A DNA stretch of 64,000 nucleotides, taken from the IMG/VR virus record IMGVR_UViG_3300031999_000006, positions 1 to 64,000 of that record. One strand, given 5' to 3'. The number at the start of each line of letters is the position of its first letter. The stretch's first letter is position 1. Position numbers and translations under genes: made by a program. A model generated the notes under the pieces. That model was not told where the DNA came from. It worked only from the letters and a program-made list of their open reading frames with translations, and searched no databases. Shown in pieces: positions 9,634 through 19,521 of the stretch. This stretch comes from a virus (lineage: Duplodnaviria > Caudoviricetes).

Positions 9634-10400
9634 TTGAAGTAACTCCCTATCAAAGGCAGAATAGTCTCAGGTTGGGGACCGATATAGGGAACCACACCTG
9701 GTAACTTTAGATCGTAAATACGATTCCATTCTTTTATGTACTCCTCAAGGGAGTACCGACTATGATCACCAACGTATCCCGCGAGAAAGTATTCCCGTAC
9801 TCTGAACAAGCACCGCTCATAAGATAAAGCATGCCCATAGTGATAGACAAAGATATCATCCCGGTGAGACCAGCATCCTGGCCATCCATGCCTAAAACCC
9901 GCCATTGTATTATTGTTAACTATTTTTAGACCTTCAGTCAATCGGAATGCACAACTTTCCATTCGTGCTATTGACCATTGACTACCAGTTACAATTTGAT
10001 TTAGGTTTCTCCAGAAATGGATAAACCTATGACTTATGATATCTATATCTGACTTTGCGTTATCCATAGATTCAATCAGTTTTAGAATATTTTCCTTATC
10101 ATAGACCTCATCGGCATCCTGAGACAAACCCCACCGTTCCTCACTTCGTCCCATCAAGTCCAAATAGGTTTGACGTTGCCTTCGTTCATCCCAGCTACCA
10201 TCTGGTTTTGCAAAAACTCCCGATACCACACTAACACGAGATCCAATTGACTTCGCCATCGTAACAGTATCATCAGTCGAAGGGCCATGTGCCGAACCAT
10301 CAACAACGATGATGTCATCGACATAGGGATAGGTGCTCCGAATGGCCGCACCGATAACAGGAGAGGCATTGTAAGCAATCATTCCTACAGTAACTCTCAT
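9630..10400 (-). CDS. Glycosyltransferase family 2
   Basis: MIAYN, IIVVDGS..STDDT, DADE (DxD), HYGH. Confidence 0.85.
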   Translation of the reverse strand: MRVTVGMIAYNASPVIGAAIRSTYPYVDDIIVVDGSAHGPSTDDTVTMAKSIGSRVSVVSGVFAKPDGSWDERRQRQTYLDLMGRSEERWGLSQDADEVYDKENILKLIESMDNAKSDIDIISHRFIHFWRNLNQIVTGSQWSIARMESCAFRLTEGLKIVNNNTMAGFRHGWPGCWSHRDDIFVYHYGHALSYERCLFRVREYFLAGYVGDHSRYSLEEYIKEWNRIYDLKLPGVVPYIGPQPETILPLIGSYFK

Positions 10401-10401
10401 G

Positions 10402-11100
10402 TTATCTACCTCCCGATCGAAAACAAGTCTCACAAGGGAGTTCAATCTCCTTCACATGATCTCTCCACTCCGAGGTCAACGGAATCCCCTTCCCCTGTAG
10501 GGGGAGACTCCATGCCACACAACAACCAAACAACTGTCCTTCATGGTAGGCAATCATGTCAGACCAATAATGAGCACAAGGAGTTCCTTCGTAGGGGGGT
10601 TCTCCATAAGGCACATGCCCATCTATCTGAACTTTCATAACATTGAGATGATGATGGGCTTGTAAAAACTGTGTTACTAACATATACTCAAACGTGTTTG
10701 ATACTCCTCCATGCCGGGCAACAAATTGCTCGGTATAATGGGACACCCAAACACGCTGATACTTCAGCAACAACGGAAGTTTTGAGGGATCTTTTCCAAA
10801 CAACCATCCATTAGTAACTAACATGAAGTCGTTGCACTGAAAGGTTGTTTCCAGGTTGTTGGTCAATTCCTCAAACTTTGAGTGAAGGGTGGGTTCCCCT
10901 CCAGTAATCTCAATCCTACCAATCTTACCGATCAAATTACCCACTCGTTGAAGTTCCTCTATTGGAATTTCCAATTCCTTAATCTGTTTGTTATACCAGG
11001 TCAATCGTTCCCTAGCACAGCATTCGGGGCACTGCCTGTTACAAACACTAACAATGGGTACCTGCACCCTGTTAGCAATACGTCCTTCAGCAAACTTCAT
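10402..11100 (-). CDS. Radical SAM protein
   Basis: CNRQCPEC, ITGGEPTLH, VTNG, C-terminal Cys cluster. Confidence 0.85.
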   Translation of the reverse strand: MKFAEGRIANRVQVPIVSVCNRQCPECCARERLTWYNKQIKELEIPIEELQRVGNLIGKIGRIEITGGEPTLHSKFEELTNNLETTFQCNDFMLVTNGWLFGKDPSKLPLLLKYQRVWVSHYTEQFVARHGGVSNTFEYMLVTQFLQAHHHLNVMKVQIDGHVPYGEPPYEGTPCAHYWSDMIAYHEGQLFGCCVAWSLPLQGKGIPLTSEWRDHVKEIELPCETCFRSGGR

Positions 11101-11783
11101 TTCTTCACCATACGCCAACACTGAAACTGGGTAGTCGGTATTTCCGAAATGTCGAACCCAGAGGATTCTAAAATTGACCAAAGCATCCAATCCGGCCACC
11201 AGCGGCAATCACAACTTGAATCAGGCATCTGATCAAAGCGATACTTCAACTCACGAAGTCTTCCGAAAGTGGGCCAGTCAAACTGAATGTGTGCGATAGC
11301 CCCTTTACGAAGGCTCTCGGCAATTGACTTGATCATGCACTGCATTAACTTGTGAGGAATATGCTGAAAGACCGTCCAGCTGAAGAAGAGATCAATCTCA
11401 GTTAGTTGGGCAGTTGGGAAAGTATCATCCCAAAGTGAGTAAGGATGCTTGAGTTCATGCAGGAACACGTTGGGGAAAGATTCAGCAACCTTTTCCGCAT
11501 AGGCCAGGCAAGACGGTGAGGCATCTACTCCAATGTATCGTTTCACCAAAGGTGCTATATATGGGATCATCCTTCCCTCACCACACCCAAAGTCAAGGAC
11601 AATTGCCTCACTCAATCTCTCTTCAGGAAACCCCCGAAGGAGGTCGGCCTTTGTGATCTCATTAATCTTCACATCCTCAAACTGGGTCGGTGGGCAGTTG
11701 ATGGCCCCATGCTCTTTGGCCTTCTCGTGCCAATAGTTCTTTGCATTCTGAAACAATGCGTCTTGCTCATCATTCGATAGCAT
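11097..11783 (-). CDS. Class I SAM-dependent methyltransferase
   Basis: VLDFGCGEGR, GVDAS, VFQHI. Confidence 0.85.
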   Translation of the reverse strand: MLSNDEQDALFQNAKNYWHEKAKEHGAINCPPTQFEDVKINEITKADLLRGFPEERLSEAIVLDFGCGEGRMIPYIAPLVKRYIGVDASPSCLAYAEKVAESFPNVFLHELKHPYSLWDDTFPTAQLTEIDLFFSWTVFQHIPHKLMQCMIKSIAESLRKGAIAHIQFDWPTFGRLRELKYRFDQMPDSSCDCRWWPDWMLWSILESSGFDISEIPTTQFQCWRMVKK

Positions 11784-13062
11784 TTTTCGGCTCCTTGGAA
11801 AAGAGATACATCTTACGAACTTGATCGGTAGAGTTTAGAATTCCCACCACTGTAGGAAAGTACTTCGTAAAGGTCGCCACGAATTCTTCCTCAGTATACT
11901 CACTACGATCCTTTCCGAACCGATTGATAGACCCTTCAAGATAGCGGTCATCGTATGGGATCCATTCAATGATCAGGTACTTGGTCGAGTAATTCGCCAG
12001 GATCTCTGCAAAGACTGCCATCGGGAACTCTCGGAAATAGCATACATGGTGAATTAAGGCCACACAGAGAACCAACTCGGAGGCGTATCGAAAATTCGGT
12101 TGGTATAATGAATTCCAAGAGATCTCTCCGAAGTCGACTGCGTGCCATCCATAAAGATCAGTGATGTTCCCCACTACTGCAGTGATTGGAAGGTTTCTTT
12201 CTTTGGTCATCTTATAGAGGACCTCTACGGTTGCCTCATCAATATCGAATCCACAAACCTTCTCCACCCCCTGCCTTAAAAGTATATGGCAAAAGTCGCC
12301 AGTATTGCTTCCAACATCCAACGCCTTCTTAGGCGGTTCAGGCAATAGTTCCATCAGGTTCTTTACTGCATTATGCTTTTCCTGCCATGTGGTGAGATCA
12401 TTTACGTTAAAGGTTTTCTTATCGTATTGACTCCACTCCAGAATCTTGATCTCACTAGTTAGGCGCTCGATATTCCTCAATTGATTCTCAAGTGTAACAT
12501 GTTCAGGATGCTCAAGGAAGTCCTGCAACTCCGTATAGGTAATGTTCAAACGAGCCATCCAACTCTCCATCCAATTCTGCCCCAACCAAAAGTTTCGGAT
12601 CCACTCTCTAATAGGATAAGGTCCTCTCGTGATTGAACCGAAGTCAAAGTACACTGGTACTGAATCGTCAAAGGCCACATTGAACACGTGCGGATCTGAA
12701 AGGAAGAGATCCTTTTCAGATAACTTCTTTTGTATCCGGATGATCATTGAGGCAAGATCCTTCTTCTGCGTCCAGGTCCACTCATGAAACATTGACTGAA
12801 ACGCAAACTTTTTATGCTCAAGGACAAGATTGCCTGAACCGGTTTGCCCGAGGAGTTTGGTTGAAACCATCCCCGCTTGGAACAATTCCAATAGCCATGC
12901 AGGATCATCAAAGAGTTCCTGGTATAACTTGATGGAATCTTCATCGACCACTACACGATACATACGACCTTCATAATCGCCGCAGTAATGCTTTCGTCCA
13001 GGGAAGTCCACGGAGCACGTATTTGCCAATACCTTCTCGGCGATAACTTCTAGGTCTATCAT
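11770..13062 (-). CDS. Kinase-like domain fused to SAM methyltransferase (NoeA/WbdD-like architecture)
   Basis: N-terminal DPHVFN...DFG kinase-type motifs; C-terminal ALDVGSNTG, GFDID, LCVALIHH, LIIEW. Confidence 0.7.
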   Translation of the reverse strand: MIDLEVIAEKVLANTCSVDFPGRKHYCGDYEGRMYRVVVDEDSIKLYQELFDDPAWLLELFQAGMVSTKLLGQTGSGNLVLEHKKFAFQSMFHEWTWTQKKDLASMIIRIQKKLSEKDLFLSDPHVFNVAFDDSVPVYFDFGSITRGPYPIREWIRNFWLGQNWMESWMARLNITYTELQDFLEHPEHVTLENQLRNIERLTSEIKILEWSQYDKKTFNVNDLTTWQEKHNAVKNLMELLPEPPKKALDVGSNTGDFCHILLRQGVEKVCGFDIDEATVEVLYKMTKERNLPITAVVGNITDLYGWHAVDFGEISWNSLYQPNFRYASELVLCVALIHHVCYFREFPMAVFAEILANYSTKYLIIEWIPYDDRYLEGSINRFGKDRSEYTEEEFVATFTKYFPTVVGILNSTDQVRKMYLFSKEPKNAIE

Positions 13063-15794
13063 CCCAGCATCTCCTTCGCAATCTCCATAACCAACTCGAC
13101 ATTCAATGCCTTGAAGCATTCGGGCTCGCCCAATCCATTCTCCTTCATGCGGTACGGGCCCTCTGTCTTTGAACATAGCATCTTGTAATCACAATAGTTA
13201 GTCTCAGGCGCGTGCGGGCATGACCCCTGAACCGCTATCATTGAAGGAAACATCTTCTCAAACCTTGCACCATTCCGATTCGAGAACAAAGTCAAGGCGG
13301 GAATGTTTAATGCACCGGCAAGGTTTGAAGGACCTGAGTCGGGGGAGATCACCAGATCAGCCTGGGCGATGACTGCTCCCAGATGCCTGAAGTCCATGTC
13401 TTCCTTGTTCGGGCATACCACTGCGTGCCCTTCGGCGATCAAGAGGCGCTCGAGTTCGTCCATACCATGCCAGCACTTCAACTTATTGGAACCTTCCTTT
13501 GCCATCACGATCTTTTTCTTTCCCGGATGTCTACTCCAGTATTTAGTGGCTAAGTCCCTCTCAAGTCCGGAATTGAAAAAGTCCGGTTTCAATTGATCGG
13601 TATCCAACCCAGCAATGTCCAGGTAGATCTCTGTCCGGGCGGACATAATCTGACCATACTTGGCGACCTCCTGCCATTCCTCACGAAACTCTGTCTCAGT
13701 GAGGTCAAGTGTGAAGTCTGCACCAGCCAGTTCCCTTTCCTCAACCTTGTCAATATAGGGATAGGTGGACAGAATCGCCCGCCTCTCTTGGCTTTTATCG
13801 GACATGGTGTCCTTAGGATCAAACGAGACAGTATAGATAACTTTGATCTTGTCACTGATCTGCCGTTTCAATTCCCGGGCAACGATCGAACGGAAAATCG
13901 CATCGCCCAAGCCGGCTAGGTAGCATCGTATCCGAACTGTCGGCGCCTTGGCATTGGGATTCGCCAAGTACTCCCGCAGATCATGAACCAACTTGCCTTT
14001 GTAATGCTCCGGCCCGACCTTGGCTAACTCCTGAGGCTCATGAGGTGCTATGCCCCATTTCTCAATGTAGTAGGCGATGTTTTTATCCCAGTGGTGATTC
14101 CGTCCTTTTCGTTCCTCTTCCTTTGAACCCAGGACGGCCCCCACTGCATGATAAAAGATTGACTCCCTTGACTTGCCGAACTTTGCTCCAGCAATCCTCA
14201 GCCTCAAGGTATAGTCATTATCCTCAATATACCGAGGAGTGAAATGTTCATCGAATAGGCCGATCTTCTCTACGATGGACCGACGGAAGATAGTGCATGA
14301 ATAGGCACTGGTCGGGATATCCTGAATCTCCTCAAACCCCTTGCCTTTAGGTTCAACAAGATCAATCGTCCAGGGAGCGATCTTCATCTCTTCCGTTGAA
14401 GTCAGACCACCGAGTTCAGGTGTCTTCTCCATCATGTCAACCAGACTGTCTATTGTGTTGTAATGTAAAGCTACATCGTTGTTCACCAAGAGGACGTAAT
14501 CATAGTCGCCTTCTAGGAACTTTTGGAATCCTATATTCTGAGCGGCGGCGACTCCGCATCGTTTCGCTTCAAACTCAATCCCTTTCTCCTTCAACCATGC
14601 CTGCGTTCCATCGGTCGACTCATTGTCAGCAATGAATAGATCGTAGTCATGGAAGGATCGGATTGACTCCACCGCCAACTTCGTCCACTGCAAAAGATCA
14701 AAGGTCAGCATGACTACCAGGACCTTTTTCACTTTGCCTAGTTCGTCACACATCTGACTGATCACTTCTTCCGGCTCGAGTTCCTGAAGACAGGCAGGTG
14801 GACCCAGAGGCTCCTTCCACTGATAGTCGGCACCATCAATGCAGGGCACTTCCCACCAGCAAGGATGCTTTCCCAAAGCACACTTAGTCGCATTGATAGG
14901 GATTGCCTTTTCATAGTTTTCGCAAACTACCTTTCCATCTGTGTGTCCGAAGATTCCAATCACTCTCTTCTTCAATGCACCGGCCAAGTGAAGGATGCCT
15001 GAGTCGTTCGCCACCACCCAAGTGCACTCATTAATCAAGGCGCCCATCTCTCGAAAATTGTACTTGTACTTTCCATCGGCATCCTTTTCATCAAGGATGA
15101 TCACTGTACCATCGAACTCTTTAAGGAGTTCAATCAGTCGGTTCATGTGGGGATAAGTCCGAACCTTCGCAAAACTCTCACGACCCACCCCTATGATAGG
15201 CTTAGAGAGCCCAGCAACTAGTGACTGCGCCCATTCCTTATCTTGATCGGCCACTTTGTACACGGGAGTTTTATTGACCGTATGAAGACCGGATTTCTGC
15301 AGAATAGTATCAGAACATTTCTTAGTTCCCTTTGGCTGATACTTCATCTCCAGACCATTGAGATCAACTACAAGATCATAGATCGTGGTAGGCTTCTCAG
15401 TAAGAATCGTTCGGACGTGCGGATTGTTTTCCCACACCTGAGCAAACGCAGGATTGATCAAGACGTCAATACCTATGTTTTCCTCATACGATTCCTTGTA
15501 GGCCTTAGGTACGATGGTTAGCATGAGGTTGTCGCCCCATCGGTCAGATCGTGAGACGTCAATCAGGACGTTCATCTTTTTGTTTTTTGCTTTGAGTTCC
15601 TCAAATAACTTCTGGCTTTCCCAGAATCCAGGATACATCAGGTAGTGCACCAAATCGTTTGAGGTTCCGCCGAGGAACTTTGCTTGTTTCGGTTTCAAAG
15701 TGATAGGTTCGCCCTCATGGAAAAAAGTTTCCTCAATCGTTCCTTCGTTTACATGAAGAACCCCACAAGGCATTGTATAGCGTTTGACTGACAT
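13059..15794 (-). CDS. Tri-domain glycosyltransferase GT9-GT2-GT9
   Basis: WGD...NDSGILHLAGAL (GT9); DNESTDGT, NND, EDND (GT2); LGD...DSGPSNLAGAL (GT9); 911 aa. Confidence 0.85.
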   Translation of the reverse strand: MSVKRYTMPCGVLHVNEGTIEETFFHEGEPITLKPKQAKFLGGTSNDLVHYLMYPGFWESQKLFEELKAKNKKMNVLIDVSRSDRWGDNLMLTIVPKAYKESYEENIGIDVLINPAFAQVWENNPHVRTILTEKPTTIYDLVVDLNGLEMKYQPKGTKKCSDTILQKSGLHTVNKTPVYKVADQDKEWAQSLVAGLSKPIIGVGRESFAKVRTYPHMNRLIELLKEFDGTVIILDEKDADGKYKYNFREMGALINECTWVVANDSGILHLAGALKKRVIGIFGHTDGKVVCENYEKAIPINATKCALGKHPCWWEVPCIDGADYQWKEPLGPPACLQELEPEEVISQMCDELGKVKKVLVVMLTFDLLQWTKLAVESIRSFHDYDLFIADNESTDGTQAWLKEKGIEFEAKRCGVAAAQNIGFQKFLEGDYDYVLLVNNDVALHYNTIDSLVDMMEKTPELGGLTSTEEMKIAPWTIDLVEPKGKGFEEIQDIPTSAYSCTIFRRSIVEKIGLFDEHFTPRYIEDNDYTLRLRIAGAKFGKSRESIFYHAVGAVLGSKEEERKGRNHHWDKNIAYYIEKWGIAPHEPQELAKVGPEHYKGKLVHDLREYLANPNAKAPTVRIRCYLAGLGDAIFRSIVARELKRQISDKIKVIYTVSFDPKDTMSDKSQERRAILSTYPYIDKVEERELAGADFTLDLTETEFREEWQEVAKYGQIMSARTEIYLDIAGLDTDQLKPDFFNSGLERDLATKYWSRHPGKKKIVMAKEGSNKLKCWHGMDELERLLIAEGHAVVCPNKEDMDFRHLGAVIAQADLVISPDSGPSNLAGALNIPALTLFSNRNGARFEKMFPSMIAVQGSCPHAPETNYCDYKMLCSKTEGPYRMKENGLGEPECFKALNVELVMEIAKEMLG

Positions 15795-16816
15795 TATGAC
15801 TGCTCCTGATAAAATTTCGTGACCTCTTGAGCCACGGTTTCGGCAAGTCTGTCTCCGCTGACGTGGAGACACCGCATGGTATTGTCACACCGGCATCCAT
15901 TCTCGGTGCACGATTCACAATTAATCCAATCGTTCATCTTGATCCCAACTGCCCCCTCCGGATAAAGAGGATGAAGAGTAAGGCGCTGATCAGGATGAGA
16001 AGGACCTAGGATGGCCACTGTGGGAGTCTGTGTAAAGTGCCCAATCCAAAGTGGGCCCGAATCTACAGTGACAAGACACTCTGCTCTTGCTATCAGTGTG
16101 AACAATTCGGGAACTCCCAACTGCCGGCCCATCAGTATTGTCATATCTTTGTTAACATCCAGATCGTCAGGATCACCATTGTAAAAGACACGACGTCCTT
16201 CCTTATTTAGTCGATTTATGATTAGTTCAATAGTTGCCTTAGATAATTGCTTCCGGAAGTTGGCCCCCTGCCCCACCATGACCACGAACTTCTTTGGCAG
16301 GTTAAAAGGTGTCGGAGGCAGTTTTGATATATCGCATTGCCAGTCAACCGTCTTTGGCAACTCGTTAATGCCGAGTGCCTTAAAGTAAATATGTGTTCTA
16401 TGCAAACGACCCAACTGAGGGTCTGTGTGATCTCGTTCCAGGACCCAGTCCATGATCAAACCGGGAATTTCCAATCTCTGGTTTGTGACTAAGTGTGGGA
16501 CATCAAGTAAACTAAGAAGCCGAGAGTTATAACCATCCACTCTTAGGACAGCATCCCATCCCATCTCTCGGCAGTATCGGACGGCGGGCACTCCCATCAG
16601 TGTGTCGCCCAGGGCATAAGTGCGTTGAATGTAAAATCGCTTTTGTTCCCTCTTCTTCATCTCATCAAGGAAGTTCGGGATTCGTTCAAAGTAGCTGGGC
16701 ATCGCCTTCACTCTGGTAAAGTCAAACACACCCATCGGCTCGACTGAGGCGTAGTCGCCATTCATATTGACGAAACTCTGCGAAATGTCTGATACGTTCA
16801 TGCCCAACTTAAACAT
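15794..16816 (-). CDS. Glycosyltransferase family 9 (heptosyltransferase-like)
   Basis: ALGD, VDSGP, ILGPS, Cys-rich C-terminus. Confidence 0.8.
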   Translation of the reverse strand: MFKLGMNVSDISQSFVNMNGDYASVEPMGVFDFTRVKAMPSYFERIPNFLDEMKKREQKRFYIQRTYALGDTLMGVPAVRYCREMGWDAVLRVDGYNSRLLSLLDVPHLVTNQRLEIPGLIMDWVLERDHTDPQLGRLHRTHIYFKALGINELPKTVDWQCDISKLPPTPFNLPKKFVVMVGQGANFRKQLSKATIELIINRLNKEGRRVFYNGDPDDLDVNKDMTILMGRQLGVPELFTLIARAECLVTVDSGPLWIGHFTQTPTVAILGPSHPDQRLTLHPLYPEGAVGIKMNDWINCESCTENGCRCDNTMRCLHVSGDRLAETVAQEVTKFYQEQS

Positions 16817-16832
16817 CGCTTACTCCTCTCGT

Positions 16833-16877
16833 AAGAAAAAGAGGAAGGGCCATCCCAGGACGGAATGGCCCTTCCCC
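16833..16877 (-). terminator. Rho-independent terminator after major capsid gene
   Basis: GGAAGGGCCAU...AUGGCCCUUCC stem followed by UCUUUUU. Confidence 0.85.
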
Positions 16878-16902
16878 GTTGAACTCAAATTGCCCAGCCT
16901 AA

Positions 16903-18132
16903 TTAGCTCTGGGTGATCGTAACGGTTGCGAGACCGTTGTTCTTCTCATCGGCACCGGAAGCTTCCGACTCAGGAATGACACCATAGGCATACCGACTCA
17001 TCGCACCCCGCGCTCTCTGCGTGAAGTCATCGTTGACGATGTACTCTTCCGAGAGGAACACAGGAATGTAAGGAGCATAGTAGCCGACGGCATACTTCCA
17101 ATCGGCACCGCGGAAGCCAAGGAGGATCTTGTTGGCCGTGAACCACGGATCAACATAAACCTTGTACTTCCCGGCAAGAATGCCCTCATACCGCCAACCA
17201 ACCATGCTCTGCTGATCAGGGGTCGTGGTGGGATCGGCGGTGAACCGTTCGAGCTTGGCGATCCGAGTGAATGTGTCCCCGTCCATGAGGAGCCAGTTGG
17301 GATAGACGTATTTCTTTTTGAAGATCTTGGCGGCCGATTCCGCAATCGCCTCGTAAAGGGTCTCACGATAAGCTCTCTTCTCGATCGTGGTCTTGTCATC
17401 GGTGAGGTAACCGTTGGCGTTCCAATCCGTGTTACCGGCACCGTTGCCCGCCAGGAGGGCGACCATGATCTTCTGGTCGATCTCGCGGGCGATCTCGTCG
17501 ATCACCTGAGGCTGTAATTCGCCCCAAAGATCCAACTTCCACTGCGAACTGAGATCCTGCTGGGACTCCAAAGTCCAGATGGCCTTAAGCTTTTTGATCT
17601 CAGTTTCAACCAACTTTTTCTTCAGTTGGAAGTTGACTTCACTGATCACTCCCTTTTCAAGAGCGTCAGAATAGGTTTTCTCCTGTTCCTTGTCCAGGCG
17701 GTCACCGATGTGGACCCCACCAACGTTGGAGCCATAAAGGTGATCCAACCAATACATATACCCGGAAGGACCCGACAGGGGCTGGACGGAAATAAGTTCC
17801 ATCGCCAAGAGGCGAGAATAAATCCGTCGAACCGCGGGCAGGAGTGCCGTGGTGAACGTGGCGATGCCGGTCGTCAGAGTTTCCTCATGAAGGACACCGG
17901 GCTGATTAAGCGACAATGCCTCTTTGAAGAGAACGCCCTTCATCTCGGAACCGATCCACGCAATCGTGTTGTCATAGAGGATCTCTCTCATGCCCCGACG
18001 GACACCTGTGTCCTTATCGGTTAGTGAAAAGTCGAAGCCACGATCCTCCCGCCTCTTAAAACCCTCGGCTTCATCGAGCCTCATCAATTCTGCCTTTTGT
18101 GCAAGCAGGAATTTCTTGATGTTTTCGAACAT
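16903..18132 (-). CDS. Major capsid protein (T4 gp23-like)
   Basis: VQPLSGPSG, KLKAIWTLE..QDL, EIAREID, YAPY, SRY motifs. Confidence 0.9.
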   Translation of the reverse strand: MFENIKKFLLAQKAELMRLDEAEGFKRREDRGFDFSLTDKDTGVRRGMREILYDNTIAWIGSEMKGVLFKEALSLNQPGVLHEETLTTGIATFTTALLPAVRRIYSRLLAMELISVQPLSGPSGYMYWLDHLYGSNVGGVHIGDRLDKEQEKTYSDALEKGVISEVNFQLKKKLVETEIKKLKAIWTLESQQDLSSQWKLDLWGELQPQVIDEIAREIDQKIMVALLAGNGAGNTDWNANGYLTDDKTTIEKRAYRETLYEAIAESAAKIFKKKYVYPNWLLMDGDTFTRIAKLERFTADPTTTPDQQSMVGWRYEGILAGKYKVYVDPWFTANKILLGFRGADWKYAVGYYAPYIPVFLSEEYIVNDDFTQRARGAMSRYAYGVIPESEASGADEKNNGLATVTITQS

Positions 18133-18147
18133 GTTGTACTCCGTTCG

Positions 18148-19521
18148 TTACTTCTTGATCTTAAGGACGGCCTTGGAGTATTGCTCCAACTCGCCCTTGT
18201 ATCCAGCCTTCAGGGCGGCTACCCATCGGCTCTTCACTTGATCCTCAGTCAGACCAGAGGCCGGACCTTCGGGGTCAGTGATGTGTCCCTTGTCGTCGAC
18301 TCCGGACTTTCGGATCTTGGATTTCTCCTCCTCCGCTATCCGGGCACTGATCGCTTCCTTCGTGGAGGCAACCTTAGCCGCAACTTCCTCAACCTTCTCG
18401 ATCAGGGGATGCCCCTCTTTGATCAACTCCGCCTCAATCATCTTCTTGTACTCAGGGGTTTCCTTTTCCAGTTCGATTTTCAGGGCGTCGGTGATCGCCT
18501 TCTCGTTTGCCTCCTTGGCCTCAGCGACCGCCCGCACTTCCTTCTCGGCCTTCAGTGCGGCATTCTCAGCCTTGAGGGCCTCGAGTTCCGCAGGGACGAC
18601 CGGAGGTGGTTCCACTTTGGGCGGATCTGCCACTCCTACAGGAGGATCCGCAACCACCGGAGGATCAGGATCCTTTTCCTTGACCGTTTCGGGAACAACG
18701 CCCTTAAGTTCGCCAAGGACGGAGATGGCATTGCGAATACCCTCGGAAACTGCCTGCACCTCTTTCTCATAGGCCACGATCTTCTCCTTCAGGCTAGCAT
18801 TCTCTGCCTCCAAGACAGCGAGCTTTTCCTTCAGAGTTTTGACCTCCTCTCTTAGAGCGACAAGCTCTTCGTCGAGAGGTTTGAGGAGTTCAGGTTGTGC
18901 AGTTCGAAGTTCATCCAATGTTTTAAATAACATGGTATCTCCTTTGTCATCGTTGGAATCCTCGTCGTCTTTTAGACGCGATTCCATCATCCGGCGAACC
19001 CCGGCATCGGGGACGCTGGGCGTAAGTACAAAGTCACCGGGTGACTTAAGTTGAAAGTCATCGTTGATCTCATCAACTTGAATTTTCTTTCCATCGACTA
19101 CCTCTTCCTTTCTGGTGGTGGTGCCGAACCCGCGGGAACTCATCCCGATGTGCCCACCATACTTTATGATCGCCTGGGCATTCCGCCCACGTTCAGTAGG
19201 TAATACCTTGACGACACCAACACACTCACCATCCTCTGCCATCTTGGCCGATTCCCAGAGATGACTAACATCATCAATCTCGGCATCGTTCTGTGGATGA
19301 TAGGAGGCACCGTAGACTGCTCCCTTATCCATGAGTGGAGAGAGACGTTCAATCTCTCGCTGTAGAATTTCCTTAGAGTAGCGCCGACGATTACCATTGA
19401 TGATCCCAGCATGTTGCCACTTGACCTCAACTCGCATCACTCTCTCTTTGGTAACCTCGTCAACGATCTCCTCAAGGATGGTACACTTAGGAGCCGAGAA
19501 TTCCAAAAGTGCTTTCTTCAT
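18148..19521 (-). CDS. Prohead protease (T4 gp21-like) fused to scaffold-like coiled coil
   Basis: NGNRRRY, HP, VSH, GMSSRGFG, DFVLTPS; C-terminal acidic coiled coil and Pro-rich linker. Confidence 0.88.
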   Translation of the reverse strand: MKKALLEFSAPKCTILEEIVDEVTKERVMRVEVKWQHAGIINGNRRRYSKEILQREIERLSPLMDKGAVYGASYHPQNDAEIDDVSHLWESAKMAEDGECVGVVKVLPTERGRNAQAIIKYGGHIGMSSRGFGTTTRKEEVVDGKKIQVDEINDDFQLKSPGDFVLTPSVPDAGVRRMMESRLKDDEDSNDDKGDTMLFKTLDELRTAQPELLKPLDEELVALREEVKTLKEKLAVLEAENASLKEKIVAYEKEVQAVSEGIRNAISVLGELKGVVPETVKEKDPDPPVVADPPVGVADPPKVEPPPVVPAELEALKAENAALKAEKEVRAVAEAKEANEKAITDALKIELEKETPEYKKMIEAELIKEGHPLIEKVEEVAAKVASTKEAISARIAEEEKSKIRKSGVDDKGHITDPEGPASGLTEDQVKSRWVAALKAGYKGELEQYSKAVLKIKK

